Source: Ruthenibacterium sp.
Lineage (GTDB): Bacteria > Bacillota > Clostridia > Oscillospirales > Ruminococcaceae
Length of the DNA stretch: 64,000 nt
Assembly (NCBI GenBank): GCA_036642215.1
Contig: JAVXUG010000001.1
Coordinates: forward strand, 11,896-75,895
Reading direction: 5' to 3'
The stretch's first letter is position 1; every line of letters begins with the position of its first letter. Under the pieces are notes generated by a model. It did not search any database. It saw only the letters and a program-made list of their open reading frames with translations, and was not told the DNA's origin. Shown here piece by piece: positions 9,433 through 19,710 of the stretch. The translations under genes and the position numbers were made by a program.

Positions 9433-12102
9433 TTAGCGAGCGAGTGCCGCCGAGACAATGCCCGGCACTGCATTCAGTGCGTCGTCAATTTTGGATGCGT
9501 CCTTGATTCCCGCCATTGCAAAATCCGGCTTACCGCCGCCGTTTCCGCCTGCCAGCACAGCAATTTCTTTGACAAGCTTGCCCGCGGCAAGGCCGCGCGC
9601 CTGTGCATCCTTGCCGCAGCTGACGCACAGGGTCAGCTTGCCCTCGCTCTCTCCGATCACAGCAGTGACAGACTTCGGTGCCTTGTCACGCGTCTTATCG
9701 CAGACAGTGCGCAGCGCGTCCGGTGCGGTACCCGTGAGATACAGTGTGAAAATCTTTACGCCGTCAACATCGGTTGCACTTTCAAACAGGCCGTCCATCT
9801 TAGCGCCTGCCATCTCGGCTTTCAGCTCATCCAACTCTTTCTGCACAGCCTTCAAGTCCGCCATAACAGTCACGGAGCGCTGCGCAAGCTCATGCAAGCC
9901 GCTCACTTTAAGATTGCCCGCAACCTGCGCCAGCATGTCGCTTTTTTCATTCAGTAAACGCAAAACGCCGTAACCTGTTGTGCTTTCGATACGACGAATC
10001 CCGGCGGCCACGGAGGATTCCGACAAAATTTTAAAGCAGCCAAGCTGCGCGGTGTTGGACACATGCGTGCCGCCGCAAAATTCGGTAGACCATCCGCTCA
10101 CATCCACAACGCGCACGACATCCCCGTACTTTTCGCCAAACAACGCCATTGCGCCCAATTCCTTTGCGTCCTTCAGCGCCATCTCACGGATCGTGACAGG
10201 CATTGCCTCGAAAATTTTCTCGTTGACAATATTTTCCACCTGCGCAAGCTCCTGCGGGGTCACGGCGCTGAAATGGGTAAAGTCAAAACGCGTGCGCTCA
10301 TCATCCTCATAGGAGCCGGCCTGATGTACGTGCGCGCCAAGCACCTCCCGCAACGCTTTTTGCAGCAGATGCGCAGAGGTATGATTGCGCATAATGGCAT
10401 GGCGGCGCGTCTTATCGACACAGGCTGTCACACGCTCGCCCTTTTGCACCATCCCGTCCTCCAGCGTGCAGGTGTGAACAAAGAAGCCCTTCGGCGTTTT
10501 TTTACAGGCGTACACGGCAAGATGCGCACCGCTTGCCGTTGTAATGGTGCCGGTGTCGGCAACCTGTCCGCCGCTCTCCGCATAAAAAGGTGTTTCCTTC
10601 AGCAGCACAAGTACGCCGTCCTTTGCACCGTCGTCGGTAGAGAGCGCTTCCACAACCTCCTCGCCGTCTGACAGCGCCACAACGGCGGTCTCCACTTCCA
10701 GCACATCATAGCCGACAAATTTTGTCGTATCGGCTACAACCTCACTGAATAGGTCAGCGGCCCACCCGGAAATATCGCGGCTGGCGCGATCCTTGCGGGC
10801 GGTATCCTGCTGATTTTTCAGCGCAGCGCGGAATGCATCCTCATCCACCGCAACATTGTTTTCCGCAGCAATTTCTTTTGTCAAATCCAGCGGGAAGCCA
10901 AAGGTATCATGCAGCTTAAACGCCTCAATGCCGCTGAGAATGCGCTGCTTTCCCTCGGCAGCAGCCTGCGAAAGACCATCCATCAGATTATTCAGAATGC
11001 TGAGCCCCTGATCAATGGTGCGCGAAAAGCGCTCCTCCTCCGCAGAAATAGTCTTTTTAATGTAGTCGGCGTGCTCGACAAGCTCCGGATAGGCGCTGCC
11101 GTTTTCCTTGATGACGGTGCCGCACAGCTCCGACAAAAACGAATGCGTCACACCCAGCATACGGCCATGGCGCGCGGCGCGGCGCAGCAGACGGCGCAGC
11201 ACATAGCCGCGCCCCTCGTTGCTGGGCAGGATTCCGTCGCTGACCATGAACACGGTAGAGCGAATATGATCGGTGATCACGCGGATGGAAATATCTGTTT
11301 TTGCATCCGCGCCATAACGCTTGCCGGTGATGCGCTCTACGTGCTTCAAAATGTTGTTGACCGTGTCAACTTCAAACAGATTGCCCACACCTTGCAGCAC
11401 ACAGGCAAGGCGCTCAAGCCCCATGCCGGTGTCGATGTTCGGCTTTTCCAGCAGCGCGTAATGACCCGCGCCGTCGGAATCAAACTGACTGAATACAAGG
11501 TTCCAGACCTCCATATAGCGGTCACAGTCGCAGCCGACCTTACAGTCGGCCTTTCCGCAGCCATGCGCGGGGCCGCGGTCAAAATAAATTTCACTGCACG
11601 GACCGCACGGACCGCTGCCGTGCTCCCAGAAGTTATCCTCTTTTCCAAAGCGCACCATATGATCGGGCGCAATGCCTATTTTTTTTGTCCAGATGTCATA
11701 GGCCTCATCGTCCTCCTCGTACACAGAAATGTAAAGAAGCTCCGCCGGAATGGCAAGCGTTATCGTCAAAAATTCCCATGCCCAGGGAATCGCCTGCTCT
11801 TTAAAATAGTCTTGAAAGCTAAAGTTCCCCAGCATCTCAAAAAACGTACCATGCCGCGCCGTAATGCCCACGCGCTCAATGTCGGGCGTGCGAATACATT
11901 TCTGACAGGTTGTCACACGGTGGCACGGCGGCTCCTCTTGACCGAGAAACCATTTTTTCATCGGTGCCATGCCGGAGTTAATCAGCAGCAGACTGTTGTC
12001 GTTATGCGGAACAAGCGGAAAGCTGTCAAGGCGCATATGCCCTTTGCTCTCGAAAAACGAGAGATACTTTTCGCGCAGTTCATTGAGGCCTGTCCATTCC
12101 AT
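9433..12102 (-). CDS. alaS: Alanine--tRNA ligase
   Basis: LLLINSGMAPMK, RHGTFFEMLGNF, DTGMGLER, RNHTSAHLL and EFCGGTHV. Confidence 0.99.
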   Translation of the reverse strand: MEWTGLNELREKYLSFFESKGHMRLDSFPLVPHNDNSLLLINSGMAPMKKWFLGQEEPPCHRVTTCQKCIRTPDIERVGITARHGTFFEMLGNFSFQDYFKEQAIPWAWEFLTITLAIPAELLYISVYEEDDEAYDIWTKKIGIAPDHMVRFGKEDNFWEHGSGPCGPCSEIYFDRGPAHGCGKADCKVGCDCDRYMEVWNLVFSQFDSDGAGHYALLEKPNIDTGMGLERLACVLQGVGNLFEVDTVNNILKHVERITGKRYGADAKTDISIRVITDHIRSTVFMVSDGILPSNEGRGYVLRRLLRRAARHGRMLGVTHSFLSELCGTVIKENGSAYPELVEHADYIKKTISAEEERFSRTIDQGLSILNNLMDGLSQAAAEGKQRILSGIEAFKLHDTFGFPLDLTKEIAAENNVAVDEDAFRAALKNQQDTARKDRASRDISGWAADLFSEVVADTTKFVGYDVLEVETAVVALSDGEEVVEALSTDDGAKDGVLVLLKETPFYAESGGQVADTGTITTASGAHLAVYACKKTPKGFFVHTCTLEDGMVQKGERVTACVDKTRRHAIMRNHTSAHLLQKALREVLGAHVHQAGSYEDDERTRFDFTHFSAVTPQELAQVENIVNEKIFEAMPVTIREMALKDAKELGAMALFGEKYGDVVRVVDVSGWSTEFCGGTHVSNTAQLGCFKILSESSVAAGIRRIESTTGYGVLRLLNEKSDMLAQVAGNLKVSGLHELAQRSVTVMADLKAVQKELDELKAEMAGAKMDGLFESATDVDGVKIFTLYLTGTAPDALRTVCDKTRDKAPKSVTAVIGESEGKLTLCVSCGKDAQARGLAAGKLVKEIAVLAGGNGGGKPDFAMAGIKDASKIDDALNAVPGIVSAALAR

Positions 12103-12149
12103 ATTGTTCTTCTCCCTATGTTAAAATTCAAAGCTTCTTTTGTAAAATA

Positions 12150-12395
12150 AATAAACCTCCGCCCCAGACAAGGGACGAAGGCATAACAGCTTCCGTGGTA
12201 CCACCCAAATTGTGCGCATACAGCACACCACTTTGTGCCCGCCTTAACGCAGCGGATGCGTCCGGCCATTTCAGCCGAAGGCTCGCGGGTGGCGCGGGAT
12301 ATGCACTGATAAGAGCGTTGCAGCCGTGCGCTCTCTCTCTAAAATCAGGCGGACATCCCATAGGCCCGTTCAATGCCGTTCATCTATCTTTACTT
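12150..12395 (-). promoter_or_regulatory. T-box riboswitch leader of alaS
   Basis: On the minus strand: AGAGAG and GGCTG boxes, T-box GGGTGGTACCACGG (12206-12193), then a GC hairpin with a T-rich tail. The promoter is TTGACA(12428-12423)-16-TATAAT(12406-12401). Confidence 0.88.
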
Positions 12396-12424
12396 CACTT
12401 ATTATAAAGCATATTTTACGGTTG

Positions 12425-14104
12425 TCAAGTATGCGGAGCCTCTGTTTCCAACGTCTGCTTTTCCGCGATGTCATGCGGAAGCACAGAGGTCAAATTTGCC
12501 TGCGTAAAATATGCCAGCGCATCAGCCACACGCGCAAATACCGCGCAAGCATCATCGCTGTCGTTGGTGCCGCTGTCCAGCAGCACCACAATGGTATATT
12601 CCGGCTGTTCGGCGGGGTAAAATCCCGCAAACCACGCATCCATAATTTCCTCGCCGCTCTCGGTATAACGACCCGTCTGAGCCGTTCCGGTCTTGCCGCC
12701 CGCACTGCCGTGCTTTGGCTTCGCGCCTTGTCCAAGACCGTTTTCCACCACATTTGTCAACATGCGGCGCAGCGTAGCTGCCGTCTCCGGCTGCATACAG
12801 CGCCTCACCACCGGCGCGTACAAGCTTTGCGCGATTGTTTTGCTGTATTCATCGACATAGCCCTCCACAAAAGTCGGTGAGAGGTACACACCATCGTTGG
12901 CAATCGTGTTAAAAAAGCCTGCAATTTGGATTGGACTGGCAGTGAGCGTTCCCTGTCCAAAGCTGACGGATGCCAGCGCGCCAAGATTTTTCAGCTCCTC
13001 CACCGTTGGGATGCTGCCTCGCACTGTGCGTAAATTTCCCGCAATCACCGTGCTTTCTCCAAAGCCGACCTGCTGCATCTCTTGCACAAGCAGCTCGCCG
13101 CCAAGCGCAAGTGCCATCTGCACAAAATAACAGTTGCAGCTCTGTGCAAGCGCCTGCTCCAAATTCACCGCACCGTGACCATGACCGTAGGCACAGCGAT
13201 AGGTGTGATCTGCCACGGTAATGCTGCCGTCGCACTCATAAAGTGCATCTATATCAAAGCCGCTTTCCAGTGCAACCGCCGCGATAAGGGGTTTAAAAAC
13301 AGAGCCGACATTATAGCTGCTGATGCATCGGTTCACAAAGGGCGCGTCCTGTGTCCAAAGGCTTTGCGCCACATGGGACGGGTCGTAGTCCGGCAGGCTG
13401 ACACTTGCCCGCACCCGCCCTGTGGCCGTATCCATTACCACCACGGCACCCTTGTCCATGGTGTCGCGTGCCGCAGCCTCGCACAGGCGCTGCAGGGAAG
13501 CGTCAAGCGTTAACATTACGCCGTTGCCTGTTCCCTGCTCTGTCACAAGGTGCGGCTTTTCGCTGCCAATCAAGTTGCCGCGCGCATCTACAGCACAATA
13601 CAGCTGCTGCTTTGTACTTCCTCCTTGCAAAATTGCATCGCACGCGCTTTCAAGTCCTGCTTTTGCATTGCCCTCACCATCGCAGTAACCAATCAGCTGT
13701 GGGGCAAAGGGCACGGTCATATAGCGGTTTGCGCGCAAAAAAACCGGGTAATCCTTTGTCGTATCTGCCGGAATTTTCATTAAAAACGGGATGCTTTTTT
13801 GAATATTCTCGTATAAAAAAGCACGCTCTGTCTCCGGCACAGCGTCGAACAACATACGATAGCTCTCCGTGCTTGGGGCAACAACCGTGTAAGAGGAGTA
13901 GGTTGTGCCTGTCAGCCGACGGAACCGGCAATCGTAAAAATTACCGCGACCATCTTCAAAATCCAGATAATATGCGCTTTGATTGACAGCGGCATCCGCA
14001 TAAATAGGATTTGTTGCAAGCGTGGACAAACGGCATGACAGCATTGAAAACGCCGCAAGCGCCATGAAAAATAAAATACAAAGTCGCTTTGCCATCTCGT
14101 ACAC
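12425..14104 (-). CDS. Class B penicillin-binding protein (transpeptidase; SpoVD/FtsI-like)
   Basis: SxxK (GSVFKP), SxN (SCN) and KTG (GKTGTAQ), with an N-terminal membrane anchor. Confidence 0.92.
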   Translation of the reverse strand: MYEMAKRLCILFFMALAAFSMLSCRLSTLATNPIYADAAVNQSAYYLDFEDGRGNFYDCRFRRLTGTTYSSYTVVAPSTESYRMLFDAVPETERAFLYENIQKSIPFLMKIPADTTKDYPVFLRANRYMTVPFAPQLIGYCDGEGNAKAGLESACDAILQGGSTKQQLYCAVDARGNLIGSEKPHLVTEQGTGNGVMLTLDASLQRLCEAAARDTMDKGAVVVMDTATGRVRASVSLPDYDPSHVAQSLWTQDAPFVNRCISSYNVGSVFKPLIAAVALESGFDIDALYECDGSITVADHTYRCAYGHGHGAVNLEQALAQSCNCYFVQMALALGGELLVQEMQQVGFGESTVIAGNLRTVRGSIPTVEELKNLGALASVSFGQGTLTASPIQIAGFFNTIANDGVYLSPTFVEGYVDEYSKTIAQSLYAPVVRRCMQPETAATLRRMLTNVVENGLGQGAKPKHGSAGGKTGTAQTGRYTESGEEIMDAWFAGFYPAEQPEYTIVVLLDSGTNDSDDACAVFARVADALAYFTQANLTSVLPHDIAEKQTLETEAPHT

Positions 14105-14145
14105 CTCGCTCTGCGACAGTATGGGCAGCCGACGGCGACTTATAC

Positions 14146-14190
14146 AAAAAGCGGCGGCGCAAACACCAAAACGGTGTGCGCCGCCGCTAT
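14146..14190. terminator. Terminator hairpin downstream of the 14225-14518 gene
   Basis: aaaaagcggcggcgca...tgcgccgccgct. Confidence 0.65.
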
Positions 14191-14224
14191 CATCTTTGCG
14201 AAGCTGTGCAAAAGCCGAAGGTTT

Positions 14225-14518
14225 TTATTCCACGTCAAACAGCAGCGCGTTGATGGCATCCGCAATGCTTTGTGTTGTGAAGCGCGCCACACCAAGACCG
14301 TCCAGCATACGGTCAGTGTCGGTCACGGTTGCATCAATATAACGAAACTCTGCCTTTGACATGGCGCGGGTAAACAGTGCTGTTTCCTCCGCAGTGTTCT
14401 CAGGGCTGCTCTGCTCTTTTTGCAGCAGCTGCAAGGTTGCCGCCACGGCCTGCTGCTTTGTAAAGACAGCATCAACAGCCTCTGTTTTAAATTCATCAAT
14501 ATAGGGTAAACTGCGCAT
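14225..14518 (-). CDS. Hypothetical protein (97 aa)
   Basis: Strong RBS GGAGG before the ATG; fills the gap between two terminators. No motif recognised. Confidence 0.65.
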   Translation of the reverse strand: MRSLPYIDEFKTEAVDAVFTKQQAVAATLQLLQKEQSSPENTAEETALFTRAMSKAEFRYIDATVTDTDRMLDGLGVARFTTQSIADAINALLFDVE

Positions 14519-14601
14519 CGTAAAGTTACCTCCATTCTATAATAAAGCTTATTTTACACCCATCCCTCTAAAAGCGCAAGCCGAACACGCGGCTTTTTTG
14601 A

Positions 14602-15807
14602 TCATATTGCGCCCTCGATGGGATGTGCCGTAATATAAAGCGCTGTTTTTCCTTTGCATTCCGTGGCGTATGCACTGCAAATGCGCTTTTTAACAATTGC
14701 CTCGTCCTTAAAATCGTGTATCACCAGCATCATCGCATACTGATTTCTGCTGTATCGGCTGAATACATCCCCCCTGCGCAAGGTCGCGCCAAGGATTCTT
14801 TTCAGATTCACCATTGCGTCAAGAAGTTCCTGTCTGTCCGCTTTTTTGTCCGGCTGAGCCGTCACGGTTACAAGCAGCACAAGGATGTTTTCACCGGTGC
14901 GCTCCGTGGTGCGCGCCATCACTTGATACAAACTGCGAAATGTATCGTATTCGCAATAATATGCGCCTTTTCTCTCATTGGGATTCTCTGCCTTCTCCGT
15001 AAGATTTTGCTGCATTTTATAAAAATCCGTCTGCACGCCGTCCCCGCCCTGTGATGCCTGATGATAGATGTCGCAGATTTCCTGCGTGAGCGGTATTCCC
15101 AATTCATCATAAAACAGATTGGACACAACGGGATAATAGCTTAAAATTGCCTTGTGCATATTAAGCTCCTGCATTGCTTTAAAAATATAGAGATAAAACT
15201 CCTCTTGCAGCGGCTCCATTTGAACGGCGCGGTTACAAATGTTCAGTATCGTCTGAAAATCCTCAAGACATCCGCGCGACTGCAACAGCTCCGCCACACC
15301 AAGCACAATGCGCACATATTTATTATGCAGCGAAATATTATACTGCATCACCCAGCGCCGCTGACCGATACCGGGCAAAATATCACCGTTGTACAATCGC
15401 GCCGCGCGCTTCGCCTGCTCCACGCGCTGCTCCTGCGGATGATCGGCGCACAGAAAATACTCTGCCGCAGCCTCGAACTGTATCGCGTCAACCTCCACGG
15501 AAACATCCTCGTTCCAGAGGTAGCCGCCGTTATCGGTGGAGATGTAAGCGGTCTCCGAATCTGCCATCTGCAAGGTTTTGCGCAGCGAATACACCGCGTT
15601 TTTTAACGCGCCCGCTGGATTTTCAATCTCGTCCTCCCACAGCATATCCATCAGCTGCTGGTTTGAAAAGTGTTTGCCTCTGTACAGCAAAAACAGCGCC
15701 AGCAGTTCCCAAGGCTTTGTGGGACGGTTTGTATGTCGGATCATAAACTGCTTCCCACAGCATACCGACATGCTGCCGAATAGCGTTACACACAGCTTGA
15801 AATCCAT
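14602..15807 (-). CDS. SARP/BTAD-type transcriptional regulator with degenerate GGDEF-like C-terminal domain
   Basis: wHTH (LLALFLLYRGK...LWEDE...ALKNAVYSLRK), BTAD (VDAIQFE, LYNGDILP, MEPLQEEFY) and C-terminal LRRGDVFSRYSRNQYAMML. Confidence 0.8.
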   Translation of the reverse strand: MDFKLCVTLFGSMSVCCGKQFMIRHTNRPTKPWELLALFLLYRGKHFSNQQLMDMLWEDEIENPAGALKNAVYSLRKTLQMADSETAYISTDNGGYLWNEDVSVEVDAIQFEAAAEYFLCADHPQEQRVEQAKRAARLYNGDILPGIGQRRWVMQYNISLHNKYVRIVLGVAELLQSRGCLEDFQTILNICNRAVQMEPLQEEFYLYIFKAMQELNMHKAILSYYPVVSNLFYDELGIPLTQEICDIYHQASQGGDGVQTDFYKMQQNLTEKAENPNERKGAYYCEYDTFRSLYQVMARTTERTGENILVLLVTVTAQPDKKADRQELLDAMVNLKRILGATLRRGDVFSRYSRNQYAMMLVIHDFKDEAIVKKRICSAYATECKGKTALYITAHPIEGAI

Positions 15808-15836
15808 GTTACAAGCCCCCTTCCCCGTCAAAAAAA

Positions 15837-16904
15837 TCATTTGATTTCCTTCAGACGCTTTTCCATCATTTCATAATGAATGCAGTGCGTCAATGCCGTT
15901 TCTTTTGTAATGATACCGTCTTGCACAAGCTTCAGTAAGCTTGCATCCATTGTGCGCATCCCACATTCCGTTCCGTTTTGAATCGCGGAGTCAATCTGAT
16001 ATGTTTTTGCCTCGCGAATCAGATTCTTGATAGCGGGATTCGTAAACATAATTTCAAAAACGGGCACCTGTTCCCCGGTCACCGCCTCGACAAGCTGCTG
16101 CGAAACAACACCCTCCAGCACCATGGACAGCTGCAGGCGTACCTGTGCCTGCTGATTCGCCGGAAACACATCAATAATTCGATCTACTGTGCTTGCCGCG
16201 CCGGTTGTGTGCAGCGTGCTGAACAGCAGCTGTCCTGTTTCGGCGGCTGTCATGGCAACCTCGATGGTTTCATAATCACGCATTTCGCCCAGCAAAATGA
16301 TATCCGGGCTTTCGCGCAGTGCGCTGCGCAGCGCGCTGACATAGCTCGGCGTATCACTTAAAATTTCGCGCTGCGTGACGATGCATTTTTTATGACCGTG
16401 AATATATTCGATGGGATCCTCCATTGTGATGATATGCGCTTCCCGCGTATGATTGATTGCATGAATCAAGCAGGCAAGCGTGGTGGATTTGCCGCTGCCC
16501 GCAGGCCCGGTGACCAGCACAAGTCCTTTTTTTAGCTGTGCCGCTCGCATGACTTCCGGTGGAATATGCATCCGCTCCGGTGCCGGCAGTGTAAAGCGAA
16601 TGACCCGAATAACGGCTGCAAGACTGCCGCGCTGATGCAGCACATTGGCACGAAAGCGACCGAGCTGAGGCACGGAAAACGAAAAATCGTCGTCTGCGTC
16701 CTCTTTTTCGATGCGCTGCTTGTCTCTGCCGCACAGCTCGTAAATGGCGCCGATGAGCGCAGCCGTATCCCTCGGACGCATCATTGGCTCGGGATCGCGC
16801 TGTTGGTGCCCATTCACCTTATATACCAGCGGCAGTCCCGCGATGATGAAAATATCCGACGCATCGCGCTCCACGGCGCTGCGCAGTATTTCTTGAACCT
16901 CCAT
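15837..16904 (-). CDS. pilT: PilT/PilU-family type IV pilus retraction ATPase
   Basis: Walker A GPAGSGKST, Asp box TMEDPIEY, Walker B IILLGEMRD, His box STLHT and the PilT signature AIKNLIRE. Confidence 0.93.
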   Translation of the reverse strand: MEVQEILRSAVERDASDIFIIAGLPLVYKVNGHQQRDPEPMMRPRDTAALIGAIYELCGRDKQRIEKEDADDDFSFSVPQLGRFRANVLHQRGSLAAVIRVIRFTLPAPERMHIPPEVMRAAQLKKGLVLVTGPAGSGKSTTLACLIHAINHTREAHIITMEDPIEYIHGHKKCIVTQREILSDTPSYVSALRSALRESPDIILLGEMRDYETIEVAMTAAETGQLLFSTLHTTGAASTVDRIIDVFPANQQAQVRLQLSMVLEGVVSQQLVEAVTGEQVPVFEIMFTNPAIKNLIREAKTYQIDSAIQNGTECGMRTMDASLLKLVQDGIITKETALTHCIHYEMMEKRLKEIK

Positions 16905-16919
16905 AGCTGCCTCCTCAAT

Positions 16920-17351
16920 TTATGTGTTTATCGTGCCCCACAGCGGCTCACCTGCCGCCTGCTGCCACACCGCGCTATGTCGCCATGTCACGATGCGCAA
17001 AGCGTCGCCGCTTTCCGCAAGGCGAATCAGCAGACGGTTGCCCTGCGCGTCGTCCAGTGTAAGTACGATGATATCCGCTGTTTCTGTATGTGCCGTCCCA
17101 CCCAGCTTTTCACAAATGTTCTGCGCAGAAAGCCCCAGTGCCCGCAAGGTATTCGCTTGTGCCAGTAATGCTTGTCCCTCGCACTCCTGCGCATACATTG
17201 CCGTTCGGGTGTCCGCATAGCGCTGTGCCAGTGTAAAATCGGCACGCGCAGTGGCAAAGGACAGAACCGATAACACCGCCATACACAAAACAACGACCGT
17301 CATGACCAAGGAGAGCCACCCGATGCGAATGGGCTGTGTGTCATTGCTCAC
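16920..17351 (-). CDS. Small single-TM pilin/pseudopilin-like protein
   Basis: Probable GTG start at 17351, overlapping the upstream stop; N-terminal IRIGWLSLVMTVVVLCMAVLSVLSF hydrophobic helix. Confidence 0.6.
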   Translation of the reverse strand: MSNDTQPIRIGWLSLVMTVVVLCMAVLSVLSFATARADFTLAQRYADTRTAMYAQECEGQALLAQANTLRALGLSAQNICEKLGGTAHTETADIIVLTLDDAQGNRLLIRLAESGDALRIVTWRHSAVWQQAAGEPLWGTINT

Positions 17352-17805
17352 TTTCTTCACGCCCCTCATCGTTTTTGTTCCAGTAGCGCGCTGTTTCCAG
17401 ACAATAATAAGCCGCACTGCGCCCTTCCGCCTGTACTGCAATACTGGCATGGCACAGCGTGCCCGCTATTTGAACTTTTTTTTGAGTGGTAATTGTCACA
17501 GTGTATCCGTCTGTTTGCTTTTTTTCGGCTTCCGCACCCTTTGCATCATAGTACAGCGTACAAATACCATCCCTCTGCGGCAGCAGCTGCAGCAGCTCTT
17601 GCTCGCTGTCCGTTGCGGCAAAGGTTTCGGCGGCGCTTTGTGCCAGTGTGACCGACTGTGAAAGCTGCTCTGCTCTGCGGTCAAGCCATTGTGCCTTTGC
17701 AAACACACGCACCAGTACGCTCGTACTAAGCAGCACAAACAGCACCAGCAGCACTATTTCCACATAAAACGCCGTATTTTTGCGCATAGAAAACTGCGTC
17801 TTCAT
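17341..17805 (-). CDS. Pilin/pseudopilin-like protein
   Basis: ATGA-coupled to the upstream gene; basic leader then AFYVE plus a hydrophobic helix, resembling a class III signal peptide. Confidence 0.65.
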   Translation of the reverse strand: MKTQFSMRKNTAFYVEIVLLVLFVLLSTSVLVRVFAKAQWLDRRAEQLSQSVTLAQSAAETFAATDSEQELLQLLPQRDGICTLYYDAKGAEAEKKQTDGYTVTITTQKKVQIAGTLCHASIAVQAEGRSAAYYCLETARYWNKNDEGREESEQ

Positions 17806-18290
17806 TGCGCACCTTCTTTTGCGCTGCGCAGCGCCACACGCGCACTGCCCTGCTGCGTCGTAAAGCACAGCAATTGTTCCGACAGATATTCCGCCGTAAA
17901 ATTGTCTGTCTGCACAATTTTTTGTGCAGCATCAGGCGCAAGCGGCGTATCCGCCCGCGCGTAATCCTCAACAAGATACCCGTCATACAGATAGATGCGC
18001 GTTGCATATTCCGCTGTTTCATCCGCATTGAAACCGTCACGCAGCACAAGCACTGTGCGCCCGTCATCCTGCGCAAGCGTAATATCAATTGCATCCTGCG
18101 CATCTGCACCGCGCACCTGCGTCACAAGATAGGCAAGCCCCGTACGCGCTGCTGTGTGCGCCGTTTTATCAGACTCAAGATGGCTGTACACCGATGTGCT
18201 GAAAGCGATCAGCACGAGCAGCGCGAGCAACAGCATGGAGAACATTAAAATCGGATAAAGCTGTGCGGTCTGTGTCTGTTTGCGCTTCAT
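17802..18290 (-). CDS. DUF4860-like single-TM protein
   Basis: N-terminal TM, then LAYLVTQVRGAD and TRIYLYDGYLVEDY, a pattern I associate with DUF4860; family assignment is from memory. Confidence 0.65.
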   Translation of the reverse strand: MKRKQTQTAQLYPILMFSMLLLALLVLIAFSTSVYSHLESDKTAHTAARTGLAYLVTQVRGADAQDAIDITLAQDDGRTVLVLRDGFNADETAEYATRIYLYDGYLVEDYARADTPLAPDAAQKIVQTDNFTAEYLSEQLLCFTTQQGSARVALRSAKEGAQ

Positions 18291-18318
18291 GCGGTCACCC
18301 TTTCTGCCATGGCAGTGC

Positions 18319-18630
18319 TCACTTTTGAAGCACTGCGATCTCCGGCATAATATTAGACGCAAACGCGTCATAGGTCACGATATATAATTTGCGATTGATT
18401 TGTACACCGTATTGATCTTCAAGATGCTGCAGTGTCTGCGGATAGGAGCCCTCGACGGAATAGCATTGTACTGCCGCCCGCTGCACGGCTGTGCGCACCG
18501 AGGCTGCGCCCTGCGCACGCACTGTTTTTTCTACGCCATCCGCAATTGCAAGCAGGGCTGCGGCAAGGATTGCGACAGTCAGAATCCCAAGCACCAAAAG
18601 CAGCAGACGTTTCTTTTTGTGTTTTGTCAT
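18319..18630 (-). CDS. Small single-TM conserved hypothetical protein
   Basis: MTKHKKKR plus TM helix, then AAVQCYSVEGSYP...YG; lies in the operon between pilC and the DUF4860 gene. Confidence 0.7.
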   Translation of the reverse strand: MTKHKKKRLLLLVLGILTVAILAAALLAIADGVEKTVRAQGAASVRTAVQRAAVQCYSVEGSYPQTLQHLEDQYGVQINRKLYIVTYDAFASNIMPEIAVLQK

Positions 18631-18634
18631 TTTC

Positions 18635-19678
18635 TCACCCCACCGCGCTGAGAATACCGACAAGCGGAAGCATAACGGACAACAGCGTAAAGCCCACGGA
18701 CACCGTAAGAACCGCGGCAAGAACAGGCTCTATCGTATTGATCATATGACGAATGCGCATGTCTGCATCCTGCGCAAAAACATCCGTCAGCTTTGACAGC
18801 GCACGCTCTAAATTGCCGCTGCGGGCACCGTTTTGCAGCATCCGCGTGTACAGCATATCAAATAGCTGTGCCTCATGGGCCGCTTGCGGCAGGCTGCGTC
18901 CCGCCTGCATTGCGTCGATACAGGCAACCGCTTTCGTATGCAGCTGCGGATGATCCACGGTTTCGGTTGTTTTGCGAAATGCTGTGTCTATGTCCGTTCC
19001 GCTCGCCACATAGACGCAGAGCATTCCGGTCATGCGCGTTTGTGCGACGCGCAGCATTGCGCCGCGTGTCACGGGAAAGCGCTGCGCAAGGCGCACAAGC
19101 TTAGCCAGTCCCGCGCCACTGCGCGCCATCACAAGGCCGACACACAGCAGCGCAGCAAGAGCTACTACTGCGCACAGCGGCACCCATGCAAGCACATAGG
19201 CCGCCCGCAGATAGCCGTATGACGATACGGTCAAATCCCCCGTAAGGTCACTGTACACCTGCATAAACGTCGGCAGCACACGACCGACCAGCACGCCCAG
19301 TACCAGCGCCATCAAACCGAGCATAATGGTCGGATAAATGACTGCGCTTTTCAGCTGCGCCTGCAGCTTATCCTCATGATCGTAATAAGCCGACAACTGC
19401 TTCAGCGTCTTTTCAAGCGTGCCCGTCTCCTCGGCAACAAGCAGCATCTGTGCCGCATAGTCCGGCAGCCGCTGCGTTTGTACCATTGCCTGTGCAAAGC
19501 TTGTGCCCTCGCGCACCATCGCCGCAAGCTGCTGTACAAGATCGATGTACGGCTCCTGCATGCTGTCCGTGCTCATTAAATCCAGAGCCTCATCCACTTG
19601 AATGCCCGCCTCCAGCAGCATTGCCATGTTCTCACAGAAAGCACTGGTTTCCCTCGTTGAAATTGTGCATGCCTTCAT
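18635..19678 (-). CDS. Type II secretion F / PilC-family platform protein
   Basis: Two T2SSF repeats: AMLLEAGI...EETGTLEKTL...AVIYP and ARSGNLERAL...IEPVL. Confidence 0.9.
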   Translation of the reverse strand: MKACTISTRETSAFCENMAMLLEAGIQVDEALDLMSTDSMQEPYIDLVQQLAAMVREGTSFAQAMVQTQRLPDYAAQMLLVAEETGTLEKTLKQLSAYYDHEDKLQAQLKSAVIYPTIMLGLMALVLGVLVGRVLPTFMQVYSDLTGDLTVSSYGYLRAAYVLAWVPLCAVVALAALLCVGLVMARSGAGLAKLVRLAQRFPVTRGAMLRVAQTRMTGMLCVYVASGTDIDTAFRKTTETVDHPQLHTKAVACIDAMQAGRSLPQAAHEAQLFDMLYTRMLQNGARSGNLERALSKLTDVFAQDADMRIRHMINTIEPVLAAVLTVSVGFTLLSVMLPLVGILSAVG

Positions 19679-19710
19679 CGCGCCACCCTCTCTTTTCCGC
19701 TCTTGTCTTA

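Noticed and set aside
9217-12150. Long plus-strand ORFs (246, 202 and 413 aa) opposite alaS
   Set aside because: They are antisense shadows of a highly conserved gene with no RBS or recognisable motifs. The same applies to the long antisense ORFs over dnaE, pfkA, pilT and the first gene.
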